The notes under the pieces were generated by a model. The model was not told the origin of the DNA. It saw nothing but the letters and a program-made list of their open reading frames with translations, and made no database searches. This document shows positions 30,053-40,563 of a DNA stretch of 64,000 bases, one piece after another; positions within the stretch are counted from its first letter, which is position 1; the number at the start of each line of letters is the position of its first letter. Position numbers and translations under genes: made by a program. The DNA is from Polyangiaceae bacterium (lineage in GTDB: Bacteria > Myxococcota_A > Polyangia > Polyangiales > Polyangiaceae): positions 128,001 through 192,000 of the forward strand of contig JBILLK010000012.1 of NCBI GenBank assembly GCA_044376115.1, given 5' to 3'.

Positions 30053-30835
30053 TCACGCGAGCAGTCGAAGCACGCTGACGTGTAGCTGGCTCTCAATCAT
30101 ACGCATCACGCTCTCAAGCTCATCACGGGAGAGCCGCAAACCAGCCATCAAACGCCGACGCGTCTCCATCAGCAGCGTGGCCTTCGCGCTTTGCACTCGT
30201 CGTGCTGCGGTCGCTCGATGAACCCCGTGAGCGACGGCTAGCGCGTCTACCGAGAGCTGCTCCACGAGATGTTGGCGCAAGAGATTTCGGTCTTCAGCCG
30301 ACAAGCTCGCAAGCGCGGTGGTAAACGCGGTCGCGAAGGTGCTCCGATACTGGCGCTTCAGGTAGTCAAGCTCAGGGTCAACCCCATCGGCAAACAGTAC
30401 CTCAGCGGCGCCCTCATCGAAGTGCGCCGCCTCGTTTCCCGAGCGCTTGCGACCAGCATCAACAAGCAACCTCGTCGCCACTACGCGCAGCCAGCTCAGT
30501 AGCTCGCCGCGACCTGAATACTCCTGAATCTTGGGAGGGCGACCGACCTCGCCGACCAGGAGCCGCTGCCAGAGGAGTTGCTTGATATCATCGGCGTCAA
30601 ACTTCGAATCGCGTTGGCGCGCGATGAGCTTCTCGAGACTTGGGGTGATCAACTTGTCCAACGCACGCAGCGCATTGGTCTCACCAGCTGCGCAGGCGAG
30701 AGCAAGCCACAGGTCCTCAGCTTGAACCTCGGCTGTACCAGCACGAGCACAGGCGGCACGAAAGGTGGCCTCCTCAACCGCGAGGTTGGGCCACGCACGA
30801 TGGGCACGCTCGAGCAGAACTTCGATCTCGGACAT
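30053..30835 (-). CDS. Myxococcales-type sigma-70/ECF family RNA polymerase sigma factor
   Basis: EDLWLALAC, YSGRGELLSWLRVVA, DPELDYLK, GVHRATAAR region-4 HTH. Confidence 0.8.
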   Translation of the reverse strand: MSEIEVLLERAHRAWPNLAVEEATFRAACARAGTAEVQAEDLWLALACAAGETNALRALDKLITPSLEKLIARQRDSKFDADDIKQLLWQRLLVGEVGRPPKIQEYSGRGELLSWLRVVATRLLVDAGRKRSGNEAAHFDEGAAEVLFADGVDPELDYLKRQYRSTFATAFTTALASLSAEDRNLLRQHLVEQLSVDALAVAHGVHRATAARRVQSAKATLLMETRRRLMAGLRLSRDELESVMRMIESQLHVSVLRLLA

Positions 30836-30902
30836 TCGATAGCGACCGTACTTGAGAGTTCGATGTTATCAGCAACCGAAGGGATCCGAGTAGGATGCGC
30901 CG

Positions 30903-32381
30903 GTGCCTTGCCCGACCGACAGCGTCGCCTTGCGATTTGTTGAGGGACAGCTGAAGGCCGAGGACCGCGCAGCTCTCGAAAACCATCTGGACCAGTGCGC
31001 GAGATGCTTCGCCGCGATCACAGAGTTAGCCCGTGTCTTCGGAAGCGAGCTTGAGCGAGTCTCACCCTATGCAGCCACCGCGCTAGCCGACTCGGGTGGC
31101 CAGCAGCGCTATCAGCTCACGCACAGTGCACGGGTCCAGCTAGCCAACGGCTGCAGTTTCGGGCGCTACCTCGTGCGCAACCCGCTCGGCGCTGGTGGTA
31201 TGGGAACAGTCTACGCTGCGTTCGATCAGGTCCTTCACCGGCAAGTCGCGCTCAAGGTACTGCATAGCGATGCAGTCGATTGGGCCGGTGCCAACGCTGA
31301 GCAGTTCGTCTTGGCTGAGGCGCGAGCTGTATCAGCCCTCTCCCACCCTAATGTTGTTGCCATCTACGACGTTGGAGCGCTACCCGACCCGCCCTGCCTC
31401 TACCTGACGATGGAACTCATCGAGGGCTCAAACTTCGGTACGTGGCGAAAGGCTGAGCCGAGGTCGCAGGAAGCGATCTTGGAGGCGCTACTTCAAGCGG
31501 GGCAAGGGCTCGAGGCGATTCATGAGCGAGGCTTGGTGCATCGCGACATCAAGCCGGACAATATACTCGTTGGCTTGGACGGCAGAGTCCGCATTGCGGA
31601 CTTTGGCCTGGCACACTTCGGGCCAGTAAGCTCTGGAGCTCTCGCTGGCACGCCCGCGTACATGAGTCCCGAACAGCTGCTTACCCAACCGCTCGACTCG
31701 CGCAGCGACCAGTTCTCGCTTGCCGTCGTGGCATGCGAGGCGCTCAGCGGGGCGCGACCGTTTACTGGCATGACTCTCGATCAACTCCGAACGGCGATGA
31801 CCACTAAACCCAAGCTAGATGGCATCTCTACCGAACTTGCCACCGTATTCGCGCGTGCCCTCGACCCTACGCCGTCCGCCAGATATCCGTCAATGGCGGC
31901 CTTTCTCATGGCGCTGCGTAGCACACTAGAGTCCAAGAGCAGTACACACCTACGGGTCAACACCGCATTGACGATCGCGATGACAGCCATGCACCTCGCG
32001 CTAACGATCGCGGTTGCAGTCATGCCAGACTCCGAAGAATCCAGTTCAGACGCCCTAGCCGTAGCGATTGAGCCACAGACAATGCTCGATCACGTTGAAA
32101 ACATCGGCTTGGCTGCATTAGGCGCGTTGGTCCTTGTAAGCCTCCTTTGGATTCCCTTGGGCATCTTTTGGGCACCTCTCAATGCATGGGGCCTCCACAA
32201 GAGGGCAAGCTGGGCCCGCGTATCCACACTCGTCTACGCAGGGGTGGGAGCGCTCACATGCATTGGGACGCCCTACGCAATCTATGCGCTCTACAGCCTC
32301 ACACGCCCGTCCGTGAAGAGTTGCTTCAAGCAACCCGAGCGCCAACCCCACAAGTCACTCATTACTACCAGAAGGCTCTAG
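30903..32381 (+). CDS. Ser/Thr kinase with N-terminal zinc-finger (ZAS-like) motif and C-terminal TM domain
   Basis: HLDQCARC; GAGGMGTV, VALK, HRDIKPDN, DFG; about three C-terminal hydrophobic helices. Confidence 0.92.
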   Translation: MPCPTDSVALRFVEGQLKAEDRAALENHLDQCARCFAAITELARVFGSELERVSPYAATALADSGGQQRYQLTHSARVQLANGCSFGRYLVRNPLGAGGMGTVYAAFDQVLHRQVALKVLHSDAVDWAGANAEQFVLAEARAVSALSHPNVVAIYDVGALPDPPCLYLTMELIEGSNFGTWRKAEPRSQEAILEALLQAGQGLEAIHERGLVHRDIKPDNILVGLDGRVRIADFGLAHFGPVSSGALAGTPAYMSPEQLLTQPLDSRSDQFSLAVVACEALSGARPFTGMTLDQLRTAMTTKPKLDGISTELATVFARALDPTPSARYPSMAAFLMALRSTLESKSSTHLRVNTALTIAMTAMHLALTIAVAVMPDSEESSSDALAVAIEPQTMLDHVENIGLAALGALVLVSLLWIPLGIFWAPLNAWGLHKRASWARVSTLVYAGVGALTCIGTPYAIYALYSLTRPSVKSCFKQPERQPHKSLITTRRL

Positions 32382-32397
32382 AACGAAGCGCAGGCCA

Positions 32398-33111
32398 CTA
32401 TTCGATTAGCCGACCGCCAGTGAATACGACTGACCAAGCGACGAGATTCAAACGTATCCCGGCAGCCCAGTGCAGATACGTCTGGTCGTTTCCTCCCAGA
32501 TCCGTGAGTGCGGCTAGTTGCGCAAAGGGGCCCGCAATCCCCCGATAACCCAAGGACGCGTCGGCCATGACGCCGGCTCGGGTACCCGTCTCAAGCCCCT
32601 GGAGATATCCGAATCGCTGAAACTGAAGCCCAATTGCGTGCTCCAATACAAAATAGCTACTTGCTGCGAAGTAGCGAAGCCTGGCGCGGGGGCTTGCCTC
32701 CCAAGCAAGGCGCACATCATCGTAGGAGAAAGCGAGTTCAAAGGTAGGTCCTACGTGCAGGTCACGAGCAACCCGCCGAAGATAGCCCAACTCTATTTGC
32801 GGTCTGGTAAAGGCCTTCAGAGGTAGATTTGAAATACTCTGCCCACCCGCAAACCCCAGCTCGATTACGCCTGACTCGGCGCACTCAGGCTCTGGAAAGA
32901 AAGTACAATCCGACAGATTGAAGACCGGGGGCGGCGCTACAGGCACCGGGCTATTATACTGAGGTATCTCCTCTAACTTCGGATCAACCGCAACCACGTT
33001 TCTGTCCTCGGCAAGACTTTGGGTTGGCCAATAGGCGGCCAGTCCGAGGAGGGACTGCGCCGCGAACAGGGCCAACGTCCGCGCCTCGTGCTTACCTTTC
33101 ACGACTCGCAC
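32398..33111 (-). CDS. Hypothetical exported protein, possibly beta-barrel
   Basis: Signal-like N-terminus, Pro-rich linker, alternating hydrophobic strands with aromatic residues. Confidence 0.55.
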   Translation of the reverse strand: MRVVKGKHEARTLALFAAQSLLGLAAYWPTQSLAEDRNVVAVDPKLEEIPQYNSPVPVAPPPVFNLSDCTFFPEPECAESGVIELGFAGGQSISNLPLKAFTRPQIELGYLRRVARDLHVGPTFELAFSYDDVRLAWEASPRARLRYFAASSYFVLEHAIGLQFQRFGYLQGLETGTRAGVMADASLGYRGIAGPFAQLAALTDLGGNDQTYLHWAAGIRLNLVAWSVVFTGGRLIE

Positions 33112-33440
33112 TCAGTGGCGAAGGTGCAATCCACTCCACCTTGCTCAAAATTGATCGAAGTAAGTTCGCACCCAATCACGACTCGCTCGGACTTCTCATC
33201 CACTGCCTCGGCGCCAGAGCTGCTTGCTCCGCCACCATTCCCATCCAGCTCGGGCTGAGTACAGAGCAGCACACAGTCATCGAGGGGAACACCTCGCTCA
33301 CCATAAAGCGCCAGCATCTGCTCGAAGGTCTCCTGTTCAAGGTAGAGGACAGTGCTCTCCGAGGACGGGCAGGCGCAACCAGCCACGGCGTGGATCCCGA
33401 GGATGAACACGCAGGTTCGGAACACTAACTTTGCAAACAT
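33099..33440 (-). CDS. Small Cys-rich acidic lipoprotein
   Basis: Lipobox VAGC and several further Cys. Confidence 0.55.
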   Translation of the reverse strand: MFAKLVFRTCVFILGIHAVAGCACPSSESTVLYLEQETFEQMLALYGERGVPLDDCVLLCTQPELDGNGGGASSSGAEAVDEKSERVVIGCELTSINFEQGGVDCTFATECES

Positions 33441-33565
33441 TGTTCACCATTAGAATGAACGGGAGCCTCAAACCTTACGCCGCAAGGCGTCGTTCTCGAC
33501 GAAAGTTGTAAGGCGCGTCGCACGAACGTTACACGGCGTTTAGCCTTGCAGTGGTATGGTTTGGC

Positions 33566-34333
33566 ATGTTTGTGCCTCGTAAGTCATTGCACTCTCTTGT
33601 GATGGCGGCTGCTGTTTTGTCCGCGTGTGCGACGGGCAACGACGTCGATGGGATCGCTGGCGGGGCGGATCTTCAGGGGGGCTCTGGCGGAAGTCCTAAC
33701 AGCACCGGGAACCTCGGCGGAGCGGGCGGCCCTGGCGTTGGGGGGAACTCGGGAGGGCAGGGCGGCTCCAATGGGGGCGGTGGGCAGGGCGGAGCAGCAG
33801 GCGGAGGTGGCTCTTCGGCCGACGGGATGACGGTGCCCGGCACTCTTATCATCAGCGAATATGTCGAAGGCACAGGCAACAACAAGGCATTAGAGATAGC
33901 TAACGTGGGGGATACCGCAGTATCCACATCAGACTGCATCATTAACCGCTACCAAAACGGCACCCCGACCGCCGCCGCGTCCCCCATCATTCTCGACACG
34001 ACGTCGCTTGGTCCAAACCAAGTGGTAGTCATCTGCAACAACTCCTTCAGTCAGGCCGGCTTGTGCGATCAACTTTCAGCCAATCTTCAGCATAGTGGCA
34101 ATGACGTAGTCGAACTTCAGTGTGGTGGCGTTGCCAAGGACATCATCGGTCGGATTGGTGAAGACGCGGTCTGGGGCACTGCACCAGCGACGACTGAGGA
34201 TGCCACCCTACGTCGCAACTGCGATGTCGTCCTGGGAGACGCGGTGGGTGGAGACCCATTCGAGCCCAGCACGCAGTGGACTGGCTTTCCGGTGGATACG
34301 CTGTCAGATCTGGGCCAGCGCAACTGCCCTTGA
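33566..34333 (+). CDS. Lipoprotein with Gly-rich linker and lamin-tail (LTD) domain
   Basis: Lipobox LSAC; Gly-rich tract; LIISEYVEGTGNNKALEIAN, SGNDVVEL, DIIGRIGED (LTD as in ExeM-type nucleases). Confidence 0.85.
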   Translation: MFVPRKSLHSLVMAAAVLSACATGNDVDGIAGGADLQGGSGGSPNSTGNLGGAGGPGVGGNSGGQGGSNGGGGQGGAAGGGGSSADGMTVPGTLIISEYVEGTGNNKALEIANVGDTAVSTSDCIINRYQNGTPTAAASPIILDTTSLGPNQVVVICNNSFSQAGLCDQLSANLQHSGNDVVELQCGGVAKDIIGRIGEDAVWGTAPATTEDATLRRNCDVVLGDAVGGDPFEPSTQWTGFPVDTLSDLGQRNCP

Positions 34334-34397
34334 GCTAGGTCATATTTCGACCCAGCAACACTTGCGCAGTCCTCCCGCTCGGGGCACGATTTGCCCG

Positions 34398-34751
34398 ATG
34401 AGCAATGTCGTAACCGCCTTCGGACTCGCTACTTTCGCGATGTCCGTTCAGACTTTCATGGCCACCGTTGGGCTAGCGGTCTTTGCGTACGAGAGAGCTG
34501 AGTCGCGAGCCCGTCGTTTAGACGACGCGCGTTGGCTGCTCGCGTCTCTGGTCGCCGCAGTGACCGCGAGCGCCGCGCTCGAGGTACAAGCAGCCGACGG
34601 CTTCAGCGGTTTAGGACTCGTGGTGCTCGAGGCATTGCTGGCGTGTGCCTTGGTTGGCACCGGAGAGATTATTCTTTGGGTGTGGTCTCAACCGGTGTCG
34701 GGGCTACTGCGCATTGGCTCGCTCGCTCAAGTGTCAAAGAGCTTGCCCTGA
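34398..34751 (+). CDS. Small hypothetical membrane protein
   Basis: About three hydrophobic segments from ATG 34398; 3' end overlaps the convergent ruvB by 25 bp. Confidence 0.45.
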   Translation: MSNVVTAFGLATFAMSVQTFMATVGLAVFAYERAESRARRLDDARWLLASLVAAVTASAALEVQAADGFSGLGLVVLEALLACALVGTGEIILWVWSQPVSGLLRIGSLAQVSKSLP

Positions 34752-35755
34752 TCGATCGACTTCGAGAACGGGCGTTTCAAGTGTTCGTGTGCTTTGCGGG
34801 TTGCGATTCGACCGCGTGGAGTGCGGCCCAAGAAGCCCTGCTGGAGCAGGTAAGGCTCGTAGACATCCTCGACAGTGTCTCTTGGCTCGGATAGAGCGGC
34901 CGCAAGCGTATCTAAGCCGACCGGACCGCCGTCATAGTCATCTATTATGATAAGCAAGAGACGGCGGTCCATCGAATCAAGGCCTGCGTCGTCAACGTCG
35001 AGACGTTCAGCGGCGAGCCGAGCGATAGCTTCGGTTATAGACCCATTGCCCATGACTTCAGCAAAGTCTCGAACGCGTCGTAACAAGCGATTGGCAACAC
35101 GCGGAGTTCCGCGCGAGCGTGCAGCGATGGCGGCCGCCCCAGCAGGCTCGATCGATACATTCAGTAACCGCGATGAGCGCAACACAATCTGCTCCAGCTC
35201 ATTCGCCGGATAGTAATCTAGACGCATGACGTAGCCGAATCGGGAGAGAAGCGGGGCTGTAAGTAATCCCGTGCGAGTGGTTGCGCCGATCAAAGTAAAC
35301 GGTTTCAACCCCAACTGGATAGTTGTCGCGTAGGGGCCCTCCCCAGTCATGATGTCGATCTGGAAGCCTTCAATCGCTGGGTAGAGGCTCTCTTCCACGA
35401 CCGGGGAGAGGCGATGAATCTCGTCGATGAAGAGAACATCACCATGTTCAAGCTTGGTTAATAGACCAGCCAGGGCCCCCTTATGCTCAATAGCGGGGCC
35501 ACTCGTCGAGTGCAGTGTGACGCCCATCTCCTTGGCAACAATGTGCGCAAGCGTCGTCTTGCCCAGTCCTGGCGGGCCCGAGAGCAAGACGTGGTCGAGT
35601 GCCTCGTTACGACGGCGGGCAGCCTCCACAAAGACGCGAAGGTTCTCCTTGTGCTTCTCCTGGCCGATGTATTCCGCGAGGTTGTCGGGACGAAAGAGCC
35701 GGTCGAAGCGCTCATCTTCGCCTGTTCCGGTGGCAGAGAGCATTCGCTCAGTCAT
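34727..35755 (-). CDS. ruvB: Holliday junction helicase RuvB
   Basis: [62 protein letters not shown]. Confidence 0.98.
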   Translation of the reverse strand: MTERMLSATGTGEDERFDRLFRPDNLAEYIGQEKHKENLRVFVEAARRRNEALDHVLLSGPPGLGKTTLAHIVAKEMGVTLHSTSGPAIEHKGALAGLLTKLEHGDVLFIDEIHRLSPVVEESLYPAIEGFQIDIMTGEGPYATTIQLGLKPFTLIGATTRTGLLTAPLLSRFGYVMRLDYYPANELEQIVLRSSRLLNVSIEPAGAAAIAARSRGTPRVANRLLRRVRDFAEVMGNGSITEAIARLAAERLDVDDAGLDSMDRRLLLIIIDDYDGGPVGLDTLAAALSEPRDTVEDVYEPYLLQQGFLGRTPRGRIATRKAHEHLKRPFSKSIDQGKLFDT

Positions 35756-35976
35756 GGTTACCTGCTAACGCGATTAGCTATGCGCGCCAAGAGGACATGC
35801 GCGGGGCTTACTCACCTGCTGCGACAGAAGCCGAGGCAGGCGACCTCAAGCACCGTCAAATAGTTGCGCAAGCTGGGAAGATAATTGCGTTTCCAACGCG
35901 TAAGTGATTGCCTGGGAAGGCTGGGCTTTTCTCGTTCTGAGACTTGTTCTGGAATTAACTGATGCGGGGAGACTCT

Positions 35977-36780
35977 ATGACGAAAACCAACTGGCTTGCG
36001 GCTGTGGGCGTGCTCGTTGTGGGATGCGCTGGGATCGAAAGCGAGACCACGCTTGAGGAGACGAATACGGTAGAAGCTGCGATTCAGTGCAATGACGACG
36101 ACGAAGACGACTTCGAGGTCGACTTCCTTGGATGTACGGAGGTCGCCGCGCTGGCGATACTTCCCTATGACGATGCACGACCGTTAGTGCCGGCGCAGTA
36201 TGAGCTCGCCGGAGACGGAACGTTTGCCCTAATGGTTGTACGCATCGCGAACTGCAACAACGTCAAGATCGACGGCAAGTCCACGGGAGACAGCACTGTG
36301 GCTCAAGTGGGAATTACTATTGTCCCACCCGACGGCGACGGAGACATTAACAACTACACCGTTCACTACGACACGGACGGCAAGAAGCTCGCAAAGAAGC
36401 TCAACGATGCTGGCGTCAGCAAGGCCCGCTACGTGTCGAAGCTCGATTACGATCTCGACCTCGGTGCTGGAACACTCAACATCAACGTACCGAAGCCATC
36501 CAAGGCTCGCTACCAGGTGACAGCATCAATCATCGCCCCCTCATCGCCGGGCGTACCTTTCGTCGCAAACTGGTGGGAGGCGGGGGAAGACGGCGAAGTA
36601 ACCAAGATGGGAACTGCAATTCCGTCAATCCAGTTTGGAACGTCTGACACAACGCTTACGGTCCACCCGACATCGACCCTTGTCGATCTGATTGGAGGGA
36701 CCGTTCTGACCGAGTTCGCCGCGTTGGACAGTTTCAACGTATTCCCCTCAGCACATATGGTGGTCGACGAGCGGGATTGA
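35977..36780 (+). CDS. Hypothetical acidic lipoprotein
   Basis: Lipobox VVGC; GGGGAG RBS upstream of ATG 35977; ARPLVPAQYEL weakly recalls acetoacetate-decarboxylase-like folds. Confidence 0.7.
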   Translation: MTKTNWLAAVGVLVVGCAGIESETTLEETNTVEAAIQCNDDDEDDFEVDFLGCTEVAALAILPYDDARPLVPAQYELAGDGTFALMVVRIANCNNVKIDGKSTGDSTVAQVGITIVPPDGDGDINNYTVHYDTDGKKLAKKLNDAGVSKARYVSKLDYDLDLGAGTLNINVPKPSKARYQVTASIIAPSSPGVPFVANWWEAGEDGEVTKMGTAIPSIQFGTSDTTLTVHPTSTLVDLIGGTVLTEFAALDSFNVFPSAHMVVDERD

Positions 36781-36867
36781 TGAATTGACTCGTGCCAAGT
36801 GCCGACCTTGTCGAGAGGGCACGAGTCTTTCGTTCACTGCATGCACCCTTCCTGAGATATCCGCTGG

Positions 36868-37302
36868 TTAGGCGCCCTTGGCTCGAGGAGGTCCGCTTCC
36901 GGGCCGCGGGCGCGCCTTCACAAAGGCCACCGCTTCGTCTTCGTTCGCAAAAGCTCGCGCGTCTGCACGATCATTCGCAAGAAGCCGCTGAACGTGGAGC
37001 AATCCGGCCGGAGTCCGAACCAACAAAGCAACGCGAACAAAGCCGACGATCATCGCCCTTCGGTGCTTCGCAAACATGGTCTCGGAGGCAGGGTCGTTGC
37101 GCCCAACCACGATGCGAGTGTCAACCAACAGCGAGCATCGTGTGCGAACCTCTGCATCGAGCACCCGCTGTACGGGGTTGCAGGCGTTCTCGACCTCGAG
37201 CTCGCTCTCGAACGGCCGCACGCGGCGCGTGACGCGGACGAACCCCTGAGCGTCGACGCGCTCTACGAGGTAGTAGTCGGTGTCCAGCAGGGTGACCGGC
37301 AA
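36868..37302 (-). CDS. Hypothetical protein (STAS/SpoIIAA-like)
   Basis: LLVDTRIVVGRNDPASE, RVALLVRTPAGLLHVQRL, AFANEDEAVAF pattern. Confidence 0.65.
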   Translation of the reverse strand: MPVTLLDTDYYLVERVDAQGFVRVTRRVRPFESELEVENACNPVQRVLDAEVRTRCSLLVDTRIVVGRNDPASETMFAKHRRAMIVGFVRVALLVRTPAGLLHVQRLLANDRADARAFANEDEAVAFVKARPRPGSGPPRAKGA

Positions 37303-37388
37303 GGGTTCTTCTTGCTTGAGCTAGGGCCAAGAGGCAAGCTTCTCGGCGACTCGTGAAGGTGAGCTGGTTACCCGCTCCTGGGGACGCG

Positions 37389-38618
37389 CTACGACGCAGC
37401 GCGACTAGCACGCGCCAATCGGCGTACTCGCGGGTCATCTCGCCGGAATACAAGACTAAAGAGAATGAACGCCACCCAGACCGCAGCCAAGTGATAAAGC
37501 ATTGGGACACCACCTGCGCGGTCGAAGATGCGGCTTGAGATGGCTGGCCCAAGCAACATACCGGCGGCATAGAACGTGTTGTAGAGCGCATTGGCACGAC
37601 TGTACTCGTGGGGCTTGGTGACAACGCCCTGGAGAGCCAAGCTCAAGGGCGAAATCGAGGCGAGAGTCGCTCCGGCTACAAAGACCGCCAGGCACATCAC
37701 CCAAAACGAGTCGATAAAAACAAAGCCGAGCACCATGGCTCCGCCCACGACTGACAACATGCGCATTAGCGGAAGGTGGCCTATTCGATCACCCACACGC
37801 CCTGCGATATTAGTGAATAGCAGCATACCGCCAGCAAAAAAGGCTGGGATGACAATGGTCTTTGACGAAGCTATGCCCTTCTCCTGAACCAGGTACAAAG
37901 GGAGAAAAAGCACGACAGCAGCCTGAAAATAGCCATACGCGAAGGTGGCAAAGCAGCAGGTTTTTATTCGCCATGGAACCGAGCGCGCAGCGGCTGCAAC
38001 CGTTGAAGGCGCGCCACTAGCGGATGCGTCCTCCGAGTGCGTCTCTGGTACGTCGGCAGCAAGCCTCAGACTAACAAGCCCTGCGGCCACCAGGGAAATC
38101 ACCCCAGAGACGAAGAACGCAACCTTCATAGGAGCAACCGCAACAATTCCCCGCGCAAACAGCGGACCAAGCACGTAGCCCACCGCCATAGCCATCGAAT
38201 AAAGGCTTGTAACGAAAGCCTTATTGTCCTTGTTGGCTCTGGATAGGAGCACCGTCTCGCAGCTGACCCAAATACCGACCGAAAATGCGCCGTCAAAGAA
38301 CCGAACCAGGGCGATCGTCGTAAAGCTCGGCATCAGCGGAAAGGCCGCGACCGCACAGGCGTAGCCAACCAAGCTTACGATCAGGGTCGCGCGCGCCGAG
38401 AACTTGCGAATCACGAACCCCATGGGGATCGAGAGCACCACGATGCCCAACGCAAACCACACAGCAAGGCTGCCAATGTCACTCTTGGAGTACGACAGCT
38501 CGTCCAAGAACAATCCAACGAGCGCGAGCGAAATGCCGTAGGCGAGGCCTAGGAGGAGAATTGCGCCGTAGATCAGCCAGATGTTTGAGTCGGTGATTCG
38601 GGCATTGGTGCTGCTCAC
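37389..38618 (-). CDS. MFS transporter
   Basis: About 12 TMs; motif A-like AGRVGDRIGH; GMLLGPAI. GTG 38618 is a tentative start. Confidence 0.9.
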   Translation of the reverse strand: MSSTNARITDSNIWLIYGAILLLGLAYGISLALVGLFLDELSYSKSDIGSLAVWFALGIVVLSIPMGFVIRKFSARATLIVSLVGYACAVAAFPLMPSFTTIALVRFFDGAFSVGIWVSCETVLLSRANKDNKAFVTSLYSMAMAVGYVLGPLFARGIVAVAPMKVAFFVSGVISLVAAGLVSLRLAADVPETHSEDASASGAPSTVAAAARSVPWRIKTCCFATFAYGYFQAAVVLFLPLYLVQEKGIASSKTIVIPAFFAGGMLLFTNIAGRVGDRIGHLPLMRMLSVVGGAMVLGFVFIDSFWVMCLAVFVAGATLASISPLSLALQGVVTKPHEYSRANALYNTFYAAGMLLGPAISSRIFDRAGGVPMLYHLAAVWVAFILFSLVFRRDDPRVRRLARASRAAS

Positions 38619-38683
38619 CCACGCAAAAGGCCCGCGCCGCGCGTTGGGGTCAAGTCTTTCGTCGCGAGAACGCTTTCGAAGCG

Positions 38684-39106
38684 TTACGGCGTAACCCCAA
38701 AGATGGCGCAAAATCGGCTGAATTGCGCACTATTCTCTTCGACGTCATCAAGTCCGATTCGAAGCGAAACGGTTTCTGACGTTTCCCAGGGCCACCAGAG
38801 GCCAAACGCCAACAGCGAATCGACTCGCCCCCCAGTCAGCAGCAGCTGCCCTTTTCGTACTCCTTCATACCGCTCGGCAATCGCTTGAATTCGACCGGGC
38901 GCAGTGGGAATGGTCTCCCTAGTCCAAATGGTTGGCAGTCCCAGCGCAACTGCAGTGCGCGCACTGACCGAGTGATGGGCTCCGAACGAAGACGCTATGC
39001 TTGAAAGCCGAGAGTCCCAACTCCAGCCTCCCATCGGCCAGGCAGCCTTGAGTGCGCGCAACCCCGTGAAGAGTTCCCGTTCAGCTTCATTCGATGTGAA
39101 AGGCAT
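38684..39106 (-). CDS. Hypothetical Trp-rich protein
   Basis: WPMGGWSWDSR...FGLWWPW...VSLRIGL; start ATG 39106 inferred. Confidence 0.6.
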   Translation of the reverse strand: MPFTSNEAERELFTGLRALKAAWPMGGWSWDSRLSSIASSFGAHHSVSARTAVALGLPTIWTRETIPTAPGRIQAIAERYEGVRKGQLLLTGGRVDSLLAFGLWWPWETSETVSLRIGLDDVEENSAQFSRFCAIFGVTP

Positions 39107-39244
39107 GCAACCCTTTAGTCCCCCAGTTGGCAATCCACCAGTCTTCGTTGCTTGGCCTTGTGAGTGGCAAACCCACGGTAACGAGAGAAACGTCTCATTG
39201 TCGCCGTTGGTAAGGCTGAACGGCTTGCCAGGATCGAGCCACGC

Positions 39245-40132
39245 ATGACCCAAGCTGGCGCATCGGTACTCATCGCTGGCTGTGGTTACTTGGGGTTGCC
39301 AGTCGCTAGGAGTTTGAGTGCTGGAGGGGCGACGGTCTTCTGCATAACTCGCAGCGACGAGCGCGCTGGCCAGTTCTCCAATGAAGGATTAGTTCCAGTT
39401 CGTTTGACCCTCGGCGATGAGACCGGCTGGCCCGAACTACCTCCAATCGAAACGCTTATCTGGTTAGTTGGCTTCGACCAACGAGGCTCGCGTTCATCCG
39501 TCTGGGTGGCTGGCTTTGCGCGATTGCTCCGGAGCTTCAAAGTACCGCCAAAGCGAGTCATCTACGCCTCGAGCGTGAGCGTCTACGGCGACGCTGGAGG
39601 CGCAGTGGTTGATGAGGAGAGCGCCACCTCGCCCATTACGGAGGGAGGACTTGCGTGCTTGGACGCAGAGGCTGTGCTTCGTGATTTTGCGGAACACACA
39701 GGAAGCAGAGCGACCGCGCTACGCTTCGCCGGCATCTACGGGCCCGCTCGGCTATTGCGCTCGACATCGGATACCATGGCAGGAAAGGCAATCGAGAGCC
39801 CCCCCAACGAGTGGCTCAATCTCGTGCACGTTGACGACGCACTCCAAACTGTGCTCGACGTAGGCCGATTAAGCGCGCCTCCTCACATTCTCAACGTCGT
39901 GGCTAGCGAACCGCTATTGCGACGTGACTACTACCAAGAACTATCTCGGCTGCTCAACGCTCCACCTCCCACATTCAAGCCAAGTGGATCGCGAGCGCGC
40001 AGCGGGAGCAAGCGCGTGGTGAGTGGCTTTCGCGAGTCGCTTGGCATCGAATTTCGATTCGATAGTGCACAGGCAGGACTGTTCGACGCTGTTGCAAGAA
40101 CCAATAAGCAGAGCGCGGCTCCTGTTCTCTAG
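39245..40132 (+). CDS. NAD-dependent epimerase/SDR (YeeZ-like)
   Basis: VLIAGCGYLG, YASSVSVYG, RFAGIYGPAR, NLVHVDD. Confidence 0.9.
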   Translation: MTQAGASVLIAGCGYLGLPVARSLSAGGATVFCITRSDERAGQFSNEGLVPVRLTLGDETGWPELPPIETLIWLVGFDQRGSRSSVWVAGFARLLRSFKVPPKRVIYASSVSVYGDAGGAVVDEESATSPITEGGLACLDAEAVLRDFAEHTGSRATALRFAGIYGPARLLRSTSDTMAGKAIESPPNEWLNLVHVDDALQTVLDVGRLSAPPHILNVVASEPLLRRDYYQELSRLLNAPPPTFKPSGSRARSGSKRVVSGFRESLGIEFRFDSAQAGLFDAVARTNKQSAAPVL

Positions 40133-40200
40133 TGACTGTCGATTGCGGAAGCGGTTGGGTTCGCTGCGCCTAGAGTTGAAGGTGCTGGTACAATCCGCCT

Positions 40201-40563
40201 GTGATTCAGATATTTGGCACTCCCAAATGCAAGGGAACCCGAGCAGCACAGCGATTCTTCGCCGACAGAGGCATCAAGGTTCACTCAATAGACATTAAGG
40301 AGAAGGCTCTTTCGAAGGGGGAATTAGCCAGTATTGCGCGCTCGGCTGGCGGGTTTCACTCGCTCTTGGATAGCGCCGGGCCGCGCATTAAGGAGCGCGG
40401 CCTGCAACATAGCGCCCCCAATGAAGAGCGTCTGCTTCAACTATTCCTGCAGGACCCGCTGTTGCTCAAGACCCCGATAGTTCGCCTGGGCCAACGGGCT
40501 GTCGTTGGCCTTGATGAGGCTGGCTGGAAGCAGCTGGCCGAGGCACTTAAAGCGGCGGGCTAG
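40201..40563 (+). CDS. ArsC/Spx family protein
   Basis: IQIFGTPKCKGTRAAQRFF, LLKTPIVR...VG. Confidence 0.85.
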   Translation: MIQIFGTPKCKGTRAAQRFFADRGIKVHSIDIKEKALSKGELASIARSAGGFHSLLDSAGPRIKERGLQHSAPNEERLLQLFLQDPLLLKTPIVRLGQRAVVGLDEAGWKQLAEALKAAG

